From: Psilocybe cubensis
Taxonomy: Eukaryota
Direction: 5' to 3'
Assembly: GCA_017499595.2 (NCBI GenBank)
Contig: CM039002.1
Coordinates: 1,364,001 to 1,428,000 of the forward strand
Length of the DNA stretch: 64,000 nt
Shown here: piece after piece, positions 20,929 through 34,088 of the stretch
How the letters are laid out: every line of letters begins with the position of its first letter
How positions within the stretch are numbered: position 1 is the stretch's first letter
Translations under genes and position numbers: made by a program
Notes under the pieces: generated by a model
Database searches by the model: none
Seen by the model: only the letters and a program-made list of their open reading frames with translations
What the model was told of the DNA's origin: nothing

Positions 20929-23900
20929 TTACTCTTGTTTGGTGACGACTTCGTGAGACTCTTCATCGCTCTTTCTGAGTCCCTCCTTCTCTACATCGTT
21001 GAAAAGGCCAAGTCGGCGCAAGATGGCGGCCTGGCGCGCTTGGTCGGCGGCAGCCATGCTCTCGGTAGCCCCAAATACGTCGTCCATTTCCTCCAAAGTA
21101 AGACCTAGAGAGAGATACATGATCAATAATTATCAGTAACGAAGTGTTGAACTGACCCTTGGTTTCGGGAACGAAGAAAAGAACGAAGAGACCTCCAAGG
21201 AAGGAGAAAGCCTGTGAATAAGAATTTGAGTAATCGAAAGGAATCTGATAAATATTTGATCGCGTACTCCGAAGAATATGAAAGTGCCGAAGGATATATG
21301 CGTGAGCATAGAAGGGGTTACCTGGGCAGAAGGATGTCAGAATTTCGATGCTTATTTTGTGACTGCATGCATCTTACTTGACCAACTACAAGAAATACCG
21401 GATCATTCTGTGTCAGTGTGCGTATGGGCAGGATTATCGGTATACTGACCAATAAAGTTATTCATCTACACCCATGTAAGTCTTAAAAAATTCTGAAGAG
21501 TATTTTCGACATACCCAGTTAGAAGAGGCAGAAATGGACAGCCCTTTTCCTCGGACACTAAGAGGCCAAATCTTGGTTTCAGGTGAGCAGCAGACATATA
21601 CCAGAAAGAAAAGGTAAAACAGACCTCGGCAACAAGAATCCATGCACAGGGTCCTTTTTGGTGTCACTATCATGCACAGATAATGAATGAGTAATCACTT
21701 ACCCCAGCTGTAGCCAAATGCTATGTAATGAAAGTATCGATCAGTTGTAGGGGTGGAGAATACAAGTAAGATAGCGTACCCATAGCGAAGATCCAAACGA
21801 AGACACAAGCAACCCATCCAGGAGCTAAGGTCCAAAAGTTAAAGGTGTCCAAAGGTGTGTCTTCTCATATGCTTACCAACATGGCTGTGAAATAATCAGT
21901 CAACTGTATCCACAAGCAAAAAATCTTTACGCACGCTGGCCAATCAGTATGGAAGAGACCAGTTAAGATGGCAACGATTATATGGCAACTAAAGTATAGA
22001 AGAAATAAGATATATATAACTGATAGAAAACCTAAAGGACGAGGGACTTACCCAGCCATAATAAAGGCACCAGAAATCAGAACAGGTTTGCGCCCAACTT
22101 TGTCGACCCAAAGGACTGCAGGAATGGTAGCCAAAAACATGCTGAATACCAATAGTCAATTAATGAATGAGCGCATTAAAGTTGATTATTTACGCGATTC
22201 CAACAACACCCGTAGCGAGAAGGGAGTTGGCATTTCCTTGTTGACCGAGTTCTTGGAAGATCGTCGGGGCGTAATACAGAATAGCGTTGACACCGGCTGT
22301 TTCATGCTCGTCAAACAACGTTCGTTCAAAAACCAACCTAACAACTTACTCCACTGCTGGAAGAACATGGTCCTGTTTTTTTTTTTAGCTTTCGTAGTAT
22401 TTGAAAGTAAATGGACCTACAATGTGCCCACGGCAACGCGGTAAAGCAGGTCTGGTTGATTGAAATTAGAATCCTTTATTAGTCGATCAAAAACAGTTGA
22501 CCCACTTCTGTCACGGAGAAGACTGAAGTAGTCATAGAGTCCGAGTTTGAAGTTAGAACTCCAGCTTCCGTCTTGGAATTGGGGGAACTTCAGTTCAGAT
22601 GTTTCTTTCTCGAACAAATATTGCGCCCGAATTTCCCTGTTGCCCGGAATACGAACATGTTAACAAGTCATAAACGCCCTACAAGCTTGATACCCACAAG
22701 AATTCGATTTGGACAAGGTCAGAGGTAGGGGGAAGTCTTCGAGCGTTGCTGAGGACCGTCAAAGCCTCATCGTCACGGCCTTGATTGACCAACCAACTAT
22801 AATCTATTCAGAGAATACCCCAAAATACATTACGAACCGCGTGGACAGACATACCGGGGCGAGAACGGCATAAACAAAATGCCAACTCCCAATACGATCG
22901 CAGGAACCAACTGCAGACCCAGTGGAATGCGCCACGCCGCTTCATGTTGGCCCGGGCCTGTCCCTCCGATGTAATTGGTACCTAAAAAGGGAAAAGTGAA
23001 TCCATCGGTATATTTGATACACAATTTATCAAAAGCGTACCATAGTCAATCCAGAAAGATATCATGATACCGAAGGTGATAGCGAGTTGTTGAAGAGCGA
23101 CTAAACTTCCACGAACTTCAGGAGGAGCAATTTCAGCGTTGTAGAGAGGAACAGCCATGCTCAGAGATCCGACCCCAAGACCAGTGACAAATCGACCTAT
23201 GAGCGCGTCAGTGTGCATAAAAATGGAACCTGGAGAATGGGGTATGCAACAAACCTCCAAAAATAGAGGATGATTCGAATGCAGCCGTCTGAACAATGAC
23301 GCCAATACAGAATACGATTACGGCTGGAGCAAAGATCAGAATCAATTGCGAGTAGTATGGAGTGATGAGGAAGAAAACATTACCCAGGACAATCGTGTAT
23401 TTCCTTGATAATTTGTCGGCCAAGTATCCTAATCATCTCAGTTCAATCGATGCTTTGAGGCCATTGAAATGGTTCGGCGCACCTGTCATAAGAACACCCG
23501 CCCAGGCACCCAGTTCAAGGATGGCCACTAGCCAACCCTTTTTTCCTGGGTCGGAGACGGCGTCACCCATGCGTGTACCGAATGAATGCATTCTATCATT
23601 GTGCCCCGTCAGTTTGACTGAAACACCAAAGATGGTGAACGACGTACGCCAGTACTCCAGAGAAGACGCCCTACTGAATGTTAGCAGGGAATCTACATAA
23701 CAACAATAATACTCACCTGGTTATAGCCTGGATATTGAAGGTCGGTCATTTAGAACGACTCCTTAAAGTCTTCAACAAAATATTTACCATATAAGCTGGA
23801 ATAGCCTAGGGCTCAAAAAAACGCAATCACGACAAACACAAAATGAAAACTCACAGCCCTCCAAGTGAAGCAAATACGGCGGTAGCAAAAATTTTGCGAT

Positions 23901-24043
23901 TGTGCACAAGCCCAGCCTGATAATCTGTTGAGCATCCAATACAGATGAAGTGCTTAAACGATGCCCACCCATCCTGATTGTCCAACTAGAGCCTTGCGAC
24001 GGCTCAGAGCGAAAGAGGTAGGTTCTGCGGAGGCACCACCCAT
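20929..24043 (-). CDS. MFS sugar porter, many exons
   Basis: [78 protein letters not shown]. Confidence 0.93.
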
Positions 24044-24548
24044 ATTGAAATTACGGTCTGAAGGCAATATTTTGCGTAACACGACCTCGTCCTTTTGAAA
24101 GATGGTTCCCATCTTATATGAAAACTGACATTGCCATATCTCGTCGTATTCTCGGAGCCATGACATTCAAATGGAGCTTCTTCATCTCCTCAAAGTAATG
24201 GAGAACCCGTAAAAATATAGAAACACGGGGTGAGCGGACCGCTTAATCTTTTCTCCAGAGATGTTCTCCAGATAAAAGTCAAAGTTAGTCACATTGCCTC
24301 CACTTGATCTAGGTGACACCTATAAAAACTCAAACAGCAAGATATAAGCGAATGTAATTTAAATTGAGGCGTACAGAAGGCCACATGGTCAATAATGAGC
24401 TATAGATAATACGAACAACCGCAAGTTTTGATCTAGAGGCCGTCTAAGAAGTCCCTTAAAGTCCGTATAGATTCATGGCGGATATAAGAAAAGAGGGCAT
24501 TAGCGTTCGAATATTGAGCAACGTCTCAATATCTCAAGTTGGATTGGC

Positions 24549-25493
24549 TTAGGCGACAAGGGCGAGCATGGCAGCGCCGACCATAGCAGCAACACCAGCA
24601 GGAGCGTATTGAGCAATGGCTGCTGAAGAGGGAGTGGTCGAAGGAGTGTTAGACTTGGTGGCAGAGGCGGTACCGGATGTAGAACCGCTGTTAGGGGTAG
24701 TTATAGGTCAACGCAACACGAAAATTGAGAAATCAGGAGACATACGAGGTTGACGCGGGTGCTTGGCCAGCAGCTCCGCCCGGGCCAGCGCTAGTAACAG
24801 GTGTTTGACCAACACAGCTGGTGTTGGCTGAAGAGTATTTGAACAAGACAGAAAGCTAGCGAGATGTCATAAAACTTACTTCCAGATTGGACAGTGAAAG
24901 GACCAGACTGGGCGAGAGTACCAGTGCTATCGCGCAAGTTGAGGAATCCACTGATGCCTGCGTTTGGACATTAGCCATGGAACCGTTCCAAATGATTATG
25001 CGTAGACATACCAGGTTGGAGGTTGGCAACCCATGTTACAGAATTTCCCGACTGTGAACCAAGGTCAAGAAGAGCAGGCGCAGATGGTTGTCCAGCAGGG
25101 AGGATGCTGAGAAAAGCGTGTGAATAAAAGTCTCGCTTTGGAGAGCAGTTCACAAAGTGGTCACTTTACCTCTAAAGAATGGAGGGAGTATGCATTAGAC
25201 TGGTGCCAGAAGAAACAATATCAAGAAAAAGACAACGAACCAAGAAGAAAGGGGCTGGGAAGAAAAATATTAGCAGTTGCAGTATCTGGACAACAAATTT
25301 AATTACGAGATCCTCCAGTCCAGCTCAGCAAAGCAGGTTGGCAAACTACAACAGACAAACTGAGGAAAATGAGTGCAAAGGTAGATAAAATGTTGAGTGA
25401 GATAACTCACGGTGTGTTGATCTGGTAAGTCTGGGCCATGGCACTAGTGGCCAGGAGAGCGGAGAGAGCGACATGAGCAACGAAGGAGAACAT
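24549..25493 (-). CDS. Small secreted Ser/Thr-rich, probably GPI-anchored, cell-surface protein
   Basis: Signal peptide MFSFVAHVALSALLATSAMA, domain INTP..VVCQPALLSWTGG.PPFFLSILP...NLRDSTG, Ser/Thr tail and hydrophobic C-terminus ...GAAMLALVA-TAA. Confidence 0.85.
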
Positions 25494-27703
25494 AATGAAC
25501 GCAGGGGGGAAAGATTGACTAGAGTACAGGTTAGTGGGCTTTTGAAAGAGTGATAGGTGGCGGTTGCCTTGGCGGTTCAGCAGTACGGACACCAAGCCCT
25601 TGTTTCCTCCGGACAACCCCGCTTCGGTATTTCATCAACAGTCACACTGCCGTCACTTGCGACCAAAATTTTCATTCTCCAAGCTCTCCCCTATCTCTTC
25701 TTTATATATGCCATTGGCAGTGGACCTCTCTGTCCACAAACGAAAGGCAAAACCACATCTTGAACAGTAATTTATCGCTCGAATTTCAGCGAGAATCACG
25801 TCCATCTGGTTCAAAGAGCAAAGCTAAAGGTAAGCCAATCAACGTCTCTAGGTGTCCCGACAGTCCACGCGTCCATCTATCCAAGCTTCAGTAATACATA
25901 TCAGCAATGTCAACGGTTGCTTATGAATGGAAACCTTGTACACCTCGACAAACAACAGCGCGCAGCCTGTGTTGTCAAACACAGCAGCTCCGCTGCTACA
26001 CAAACGGACAAAATAAACCTTGAAGATTCTTGATCTCCGACTCGGCGTCGAATAACTAAAAATATCGAGTGACTGTTTTGATTTACGCAATTGTTTACGT
26101 TTTCAATTATTAACTGTGTGTCCATTACGTGCGACAATGATATGCATTATCCAACCTTCTTGCATGTGCGTCACTATGTATTTTGTCCTCAAACATGATC
26201 AGTCTCTCGGGTGAAATTTTAATTCCAGTCATAGCGAGATTTCAAAATACAAGCATGATGTTGAGAAGGCATACTATTATAGAAATACAGATATTTTTTT
26301 TTAGAATAGAGGATGGTCAGAATCTATTTTTACGTGCAACTTAGTTTAAGAAGCGTCACTAGTACTAGCAAAATGATGCACAACCATGGGTTATGCTGAA
26401 CGTAAGTGGTGTGTTGATCGCCGTTTACGAAATCTGCTACATTCAAAAGAAGAGCCAAGGTTCAAGCAGGGCCAAGTAATCAGACAAGACATGGATATAC
26501 GCACCATGGTATCACAAACATTCAAGTCTGTCAAAATAGGCAAGGTGCTTGCTTACTTGCGGGAGTGAATCAAAAGCTTTGACTTCTGAATTAGATATGT
26601 AACGTTGTAAGTAAAAATTCTGTTCAAACGGGTGTGCTGGGCCGAAATCCTCTGCCTGGAAACCATCAGGGTAGGCCATAAGTTGCCACAGGAGATAAGA
26701 CAGACATAAGAATCTGCACTTGAGATCAAGATAGCATGCGGATCCAGGAAATGGATCTAAATAGATTTACTGTCTTTGAACGCAAGCAATTAGGCATGTC
26801 TAGCGAAAGTCGAACATTGCACCGAATTATTAGTTCAAAACCTCAGTGCATCCTGGCTGATGTGACTCGTGATCATCATTGAAGGATCGTCATGCTATTG
26901 TCTCCCAAGACAGATCCACCCCACGTCGCTAGTATTGGCTCTCATGAAATTTGGTGGAGCAACGTAGCGCAACCTACATGCTGTTGTTTCCAAATCGGAT
27001 AGTTACCAGCGTCGACTCTGCCACCTTTTGTCACATCTCCTTTGATGAAGAGCCTCCACAGAAAATTTAATTCGGCTGCGAAGAGGAGGAATAGGATTCA
27101 ACAAATAAGATATATATCCCTCTGTTACAAGAGTTGTTGGCGTGGTTGTAACTTGGACATCTAGATGCAGGGTGTTCCGCAAGCTGTGAGGCGATATATC
27201 CTTCGACGCAAGAGCAATTGAAAGAAAACGAACGCCAATGGGCAGGCCAGATGATCGCAGCAAATTGCAATACGAGTCAGAAGGCCCCGCCAATAGACTT
27301 CGTTTTGTAATATATGTTGGCATCAACGAGGACATGGTCAATCGACCATCGCTATCTGACAACTGCATATATGGTTATCGTACTCTTTTTGCAAGTTGGC
27401 AATCACTGAGCTAAAGCAGTGTTTGTGACGTTAACTGTAATTTTTCAGCAGCGAAAACGTACCCAACCTAGATATTTAGTTCCCAACCTAGATATTTATG
27501 AGCAATTCTTCAAGGTCAAAATACCCCCCAAATAAAGTGCCTTGATTGAACGCTTCCCATGGTGGAAAGAGTGAGAAGTTATGGGCTGAGCTCTGCATGG
27601 TCGGACCGCCGCCTTGTAGTTTAACAAATGTGACAGTGCAAAGTTGAAGTGTATCCGCCTAGATGGTATATTCGAGACCCTACATGATGAATTGAGATAT
27701 GAT

Positions 27704-29969
27704 TCATAGATAGTAACGATCGCCTGAAAGGTCATAATGAGTGAACTGTTTGGTCAAGTTTCCAACTCGCGTACCTATTTGACCCATACCCGGCTTCATC
27801 ACCCACACTTTCCGCCCTTTTCCTTCCGGGTTACCTTCGCCCTTGTACCCCTCAAGCCATCCTTCCTGCATCTCGTCGTCCACAGCTCCGCAAACAATCT
27901 TAACTCCAGGGAAGGCACGCCTTAAAACAGAAACGCCTCCTTCGCGAGCGACTAAGATTGTCACAAAAATAATGTGGTCTTCCTTTACACCATGGTCTAA
28001 AAGGATGCGGATAGCCATGAACGCGGCGGCGGCGGTACCAATCTGAAGAAAAGATAGAAAAGGTCAGGAAGAGTGGAAAGATTGATATTTAAGGGATGAT
28101 ACCTGTGCATCGAGTAGGAATACATAAGATTCATCTGCCAGGTGTCGATGACGAACGTATATAGGGAGAGTAACTTGAAGTAGAAGTGCTTCGCCGGACT
28201 TGCTGTCGGATTGGATAAGTAATGAACCCACTGGGACATCATTGATGACGCGGCGAAATCCACGTTCTAGAGCACCTCCTGAGCGTAGAATTGTAACCCC
28301 ACAGATGTACTATGCGGAAACTGTCAGCAGCAGCAGTAGTCGTTGACATTTTTAAATAAATACCCTTGCACCCAACTTTTTGCCATGGGCCTGAACACCA
28401 ACCGGAGTCGTAACAGTTTTGGGTATATACGGCAGGTGCTGCAAAGCATACTCGACTAATAGGGTCGAAAGCCGATCAGTAAAAAAAATAAAGTCCTGTC
28501 GGCTTGTACTTTTGTCTCGCAGAATGGAAAAGATGCCCTAAAAAGGAACGCATAAGTGAAATAAACTTGATAAAGAAACATAGAGTTACATGGACTTGGC
28601 GAGTTTGAGGAAGAATAGTCAGGTTGAGGTCTTCCAGCCTCCTTTCTGGAGTAGAAACTCCGGATGGAAAAGAAATGTATCGATGAGGAATGGCAATTTG
28701 TTCTCTGAATTTATTCGAACGTTCCTGGAGTTTTTGGCGAACATGTGTGCATATCAAGTCAATAGCCACATCATTATTCGAACCTGGAACAATCTACTAT
28801 AATGAGCAGCTTGTACTCGCAATACGGCTTTATACAACTTACGATGTCAGCGTGAGCCGCTGAAGGTCGCACGAAATTGTCGTATGAGGGCTTTACGTAT
28901 CGTAGGTACCTGATGGCAGAATCAGAACTTGGATAGGAGATGAGTGTTGATCAAAGCCCTACTGGTCGAGAATGCCGCCAACATCTCGTCTACGTTCTTT
29001 AACGTCTCGCTTGATGCGCCTTGCAAGCATCAAGTCTGAGTCACATTGCACAAAAATCTGAAAATGTCAATTAAGTGTTTAAATATACGAAATGGAGTAT
29101 AAACCTTCAGATCATACAGGGCGCGTAACGCAGGATCAGTAAGAGCCATGATGCCCTCCGCTTCAACAGACAATCAACAAATCGGTAGATGAATGTGAAT
29201 AAATATGCACACCAATAATGATAGTGGCTCCATACAAGTATTTCGTTTCTTCCAGTCTTTGATGTTCTGCAAAGGAGTATACGGGAATGTTGGTTTGTTT
29301 ACAGGCTTTAAGGTCAGCAAGGCACTATAATTAAAACAGAATGGCATCAGTCGTATGTTCTTCAGATTCTGAACAACGCACCGATGCAAACAATGGCATG
29401 TCAATTGCGTCTGGATGGTCAAAGTCGAGTAGGTTGGCGTGTGCCAATTTCAATTCTTCCTCATTGTGATATTTGTAAAAGCTATCCTGGACATCTTTGA
29501 AGATGAGTACAATGAATCCGAGGATGATGAAGAATTGAACCTGTGATAGTATAATAACAGTGGGTATTGACCCAAGCCTTCGTACAATTTGCCTAGCGAC
29601 ATGCGTCTGCGATTCCATAAAGTTTAGCCTTTCTCTCTTGTAAAATTCAACAGGCTAACCTTTCCACTTGCTGAACCTCCTACAAGCAGTATGAGAGCAA
29701 TCAGAACAATTGTAATGCAGACAGACATGTATATACCAGCTACACCGATAACGAACGCGTCTGATATTCTCGCGCCATCTTCCGCATACCTCACGATTCA
29801 AGAACTTTAGATAGATAGCGCGATAGATGGTTAGTACACACCAGGGTGGCCTTCCGTGGGACACAAGAACTGTGTTCTTTTTGGGTTGAAGAGACGGAAC
29901 AGGTCTGCCTTGCCAATCGTTCCGCTGGGTGGAAATATAACCAGGCTCCTGTATAAATTCGTCAGGCAT
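27704..29969 (-). CDS. URK1: Uridine kinase with C-terminal UPRT-like domain
   Basis: GRPPW, IGVAG/GSASGKT P-loop across an intron, QDSFYK, DFDHPDAID, MLARRIKRDVKERGRDVGGILDQY, and the UPRT-like tail MKPGMGQI/GDRYYL. Confidence 0.92.
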
Positions 29970-30115
29970 GTCTTGACGGTGTGGCTTTGTGTTGTTCAAC
30001 TAGGGGTATACAACAATGTGCGATGATTCCGTTTGTACTTGTCTGTATTGCTGGCGTCTTTCGACGGTTACGATGACTAGCCGTTATATTAAACAAACTT
30101 TTTACGTTAAACAAG

Positions 30116-30219
30116 CCTTCGATAGCTCAGTTGGAAGAGCGTGGGACTGTAATGGTTATCATAGGGTTACTACCCTATCCTAAATCCCGAGGCCATCGGT
30201 TCGATCCCGATTCGAAGGA
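30116..30219 (+). tRNA. tRNA-Tyr(GTA) with a 31-nt intron (30153-30183)
   Basis: Acceptor stem CCTTCGA/TCGAAGG plus discriminator A, D arm GCTC..GAGC, anticodon GTA at 30149-30151, T arm ATCGG-TTCGATC-CCGAT, and a downstream T-run Pol III terminator. Confidence 0.95.
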
Positions 30220-30491
30220 ACTTTTTGCCATTGCGAGCTCTCCATATTTTCAGATATAATGTTTTTGAGAGGATAACCCTATTTTTGAAGTTTTGCTTGA
30301 TATAACAGTCGAGACGGTTTGTGTGACGCTAGTGACATCTGTGACGGAAAGTAACACCGGTTTCGCCATTTATGGTAAGCTTTGGCCCCTCTCTTGCAAT
30401 CCGACATTGAACGCGCCTGTACTCCTACCACCGATCGTGACTGGTTGGTAGGCCTTTCATTCGGCCGTTTCCTTGCACCTGGATCTTCTTT

Positions 30492-33400
30492 ATGGCCTCT
30501 CCAGCCCCCTGCCCTGTCTTGGCTGAGCGGGCGGATATTCATAAGTCCTGCAAATCCATCGAAACTTTGCTAAATACTTTGAATGAATATTGCGAAGCTG
30601 CCGGGGCCGTGGTAGCGCTACAAAAGAAACTCGCAAAAGCCCTAAGAGATACTGCAGCGCACAAGGTTACTGGAGAGATATCAGGTAAGATACCTCCGAG
30701 TCATTTTGATACAGACCTTTATTCATATAGATGGACGCGCCTCGTTTGAACTCTAGCAAATGCCATGAATGCTAGTGCAAGCATCTATGATTCATTGTCA
30801 GATATAGACTCCAAGTTCTCCAGAATTGCAGACAAGGAGTACGATCTAATCAGCGCAGAAGTGAAGAAGTGGTTTAAGAAACTTGCTGTAAGTCATCGCA
30901 ATTGTCTTTGTTGGCACGCATTGAACAGAACAAACGCTGAGATAGAAGGAAGAAAAAGCCCACGACGAACGAATCTCAAATGCAAACGCAAAGATCAAAC
31001 AAGCAGGTTGGTCCGATTCCATCTTCTTAAGACCCGTACTCTTAACGTATTTATTTCCAGGACAAACTTACGAGAAAAAGTCCAAAAAGAAGACGACTGA
31101 CGCTGGAGAGGAACATGCACGGTATATCAATTTAATCAGCACATTGGGCCCTGAAGTCTCACAGGAGAAATAGTATGTTCTAAATCCAATTTCTCATGGC
31201 GGTAGTATATTAAAGCCCGGCAAAGCAACCACGCGCTTAACGTTACTCAAAAACACCTCGCAATTACTTATAACGTTGCCGCGAGCCTTTCTCGACTGGC
31301 AGATACAGAATGGCAAAAGTCTTGCGAATGTATTCGCAAGTTCTCTCCTGCGATTGGTCCTCTTGGCCAATGGCGAGCACTATGCGAAGGAGGGTGGACT
31401 GGACCCATTCCAGGAGATTTGCCAGATACAAAAGATTCTAACGACGCAGTAGAATCTGAGAAAGAGCCTACCAACTCGACAGATCTGAAATTGAAGCTTG
31501 GAGAAGATATACGACAACCTCAGCAAGTGGCTTCATTGAGTCCTGAACCTCGCATTCCACCCCCAGGATATTCGACTGGTCCTCCTTCTGCTTCCGCTAG
31601 TTCCAATGATCTGCTGAGAGAGCAAACGGCCCAGCAAAATTCTCCCAAACTTTCTAGACAGCAATATTCCACCTCAAGCCATAATACCCCTGCGCAATCA
31701 GGTACCGCAGCACCCACCACATCGGAAGCTTTGGAGCCACCAAAACTCCCATTTGTGGACACAGTTACAGGGTCTGTTCGCTCTCTGTCTGCTTTTCCGG
31801 TGCCTCCGAACCACTTCCCAATTCCTCCCCCTCGAAGCCAGAATTCATCTCAGTTCCTCTCGTCGGTTGCTTCTTCCTCGAATCTAGATATTCCATCCGA
31901 AAGCCAATTTCCAGATTCTCCTGTCTCTGCAAACGAGCACCCTTCTAGCCCTGGAATTCTTGAAGAATTATATTCTAGAGCCAATAAACACGGCTCTCTT
32001 GATTCTCCTGTTTCTCCTCCATCTCCTGAAATCAAGTACAGGGATCGGCCTCGCATGACCGACGGAACAACTCGCGAACAATATATTGACGCCAATGGGC
32101 AGGATATACAACAACCTATACCGTCAAGGCCACAGACAACTTTCTCTATTGAACTAATCAATGAAAGCAGTCGAGACAAGCCTACACTGCGTCGCGAAGT
32201 ACGGCACGTACCATCTTCCTCTGCCGACTTGAAATATAGGAACGCTGAGCCACCGAGACGACGTAGTTTGGATCAAGAAAGCCAGGGACTCGAAGCTGGG
32301 ACCAGGACAGAAGATGGTAAGGTACGAACGACTTCGAACGCAAAACACCCGCGGCTCGAAAGAATGGACACAGGAGAAAGCAGGGGTAGTATCGTTGCAG
32401 AAATGCGTAATAGATATTCCAGTAACGTATGTTTATCTTTTCTCCTGAAACACATGGTAACTGATATGCGCGTTATTTTGAGCCTGAGTCAGCATCTCCT
32501 CCGCCCAGAGATGTTCCCCGACTGCCTCTCAGCGTCAATGACCTGGCCACTCGGTATCAAGCCACAGATGCACCACTTTCGCCTCGACACAAGGCTGCAT
32601 TACCGCCTGTCTTGCGTCAACAATCTTTACCTCTCCTAGAGACTACTGCTCACCAAGTTAAAGAATCGTACCAAGACCGTTCATCTGGACAAAGCCAGTC
32701 CAAGCAAGAGCAAGATAAACGAAGGCAACTACGATATGATGACAAGGCAGAGGCTGAGCGTAAAGCAAAGGAGCAATCGTTGAGAGAGCGTGAGCGAGAG
32801 CTTGAAATTCGTGCCCGAGAATTGGAAAGGGATCGCGCTCGACTTCAGACACTCCTCGAAGATGATAGACGGTCCAGCCCAAATGTCTACCGTGAAGGAA
32901 GTAACAGTGGTCAAGCGCAATCTACACAATTTGGCCTGCGACCCAGAGAACGCCGTACATCGCTTCGACACCAATTGCAGCGGCCTTTGTCTCAAATGGA
33001 TCTTGAAGACCTAGGGGAACTCACCCCAAGAGCTCCTTCGGGTGCTGGAATCACCAGCACCAATCGCCAACATTCTGACAGCGCGAAGCACATGGCTCTT
33101 CATTCCTCTTCTGGTGTTGATCTCCCTCTTTCACCTACACGACCCCTTCATTCACCTAAAGCTGCTCAAAATGCACCTCGTGCATATGACCTATACCCGA
33201 GCAATAGTGCAGGATCGAATTCCAACACAAGTAGTTACGAGAGTGCTACATCTCATGCGTCATACTGTGGCTGTGAAACGTGCTCTGTCAATAAGTACAA
33301 GTACTCTGGTTCAAGCACACCCAAGCAACAATCCAACAATGCCAAATCCGAGAAGCCCACGAGGAGTAGTTGGATTCGCCGCCTGAGCATGCCAGTTGGC

Positions 33401-33694
33401 AACGCTTTCAGCCTTGACTCGAAGCGGCATCAAAACAGTAACAGCACAGGAAATATTTATGGACTGGGAAGCGGGGTCGAGAATGTACCTACTGGCCCTA
33501 GTCGAGGCCTTTTCTTTATGGACGGAAAGAAGAATGCGAGTACGACTGCCTTGTTGTCATCCAGCACCAGTGGAGAAAGTGGTCTTGCTGTGCAGGAAGA
33601 TGGCCGCCTGCGTCATGGTAGGAGAAGCCTTGAAACTAGCGGTGGAAACAATAATCGCAGCATGACTAACTTGGGCAACCTGGGACTACGATAA
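30492..33694 (+). CDS. Hypothetical protein: helical (possibly BAR/IMD-like) N-terminus and long Ser/Pro-rich disordered C-terminus
   Basis: Spliceable exons ERADIHKSCKSIETLLNTLNEYCEAAG... followed by long ORFs 31419-32639 and 32612-33694 joined by an intron. The BAR-like call is inference from the amphipathic pattern only. Confidence 0.75.
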
Positions 33695-34088
33695 CATGGT
33701 CCTATTTGAGCTCCTGTTAGTATGAGTATTCTGCAATTTGGCGATCCTGAAATGGTTTTCCTTCTTCATCTTATACCCCAAGGACAATTATTTGTATGTA
33801 TCACCATCGGTGTAAAATTATTTGTATACTCCTCACGAAATATGTAATTTATATCTAACCTTGTATTGTAGCATTTTTTTCCTGCTCTGAAGTATTTACC
33901 TTTTTATCTGATTATTTTGGCTATTTGGGTCAAATCGTATGCTATGCTTCGGTTTGCTCTGCTTCATATTTACAAACGTCTCATTATAGTTTTCTGTTTG
34001 TGATTCTATTCGTATTACACTTTGTACACTGCAAATTTATCGTTTATTTTTTCAAGATCTAGTATTACCCTTTACAATGTTTTTGGCG

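Noticed and set aside
27003-27368. 121-aa ORF as a real gene
   Set aside because: No recognisable motif or consistent splice model; cannot be supported without expression or homology data.
27462-27498. 17-bp direct repeat CCCAACCTAGATATTTA x2
   Set aside because: Most simply a local slippage duplication or footprint in the URK1 3' region, with no other supporting structure.
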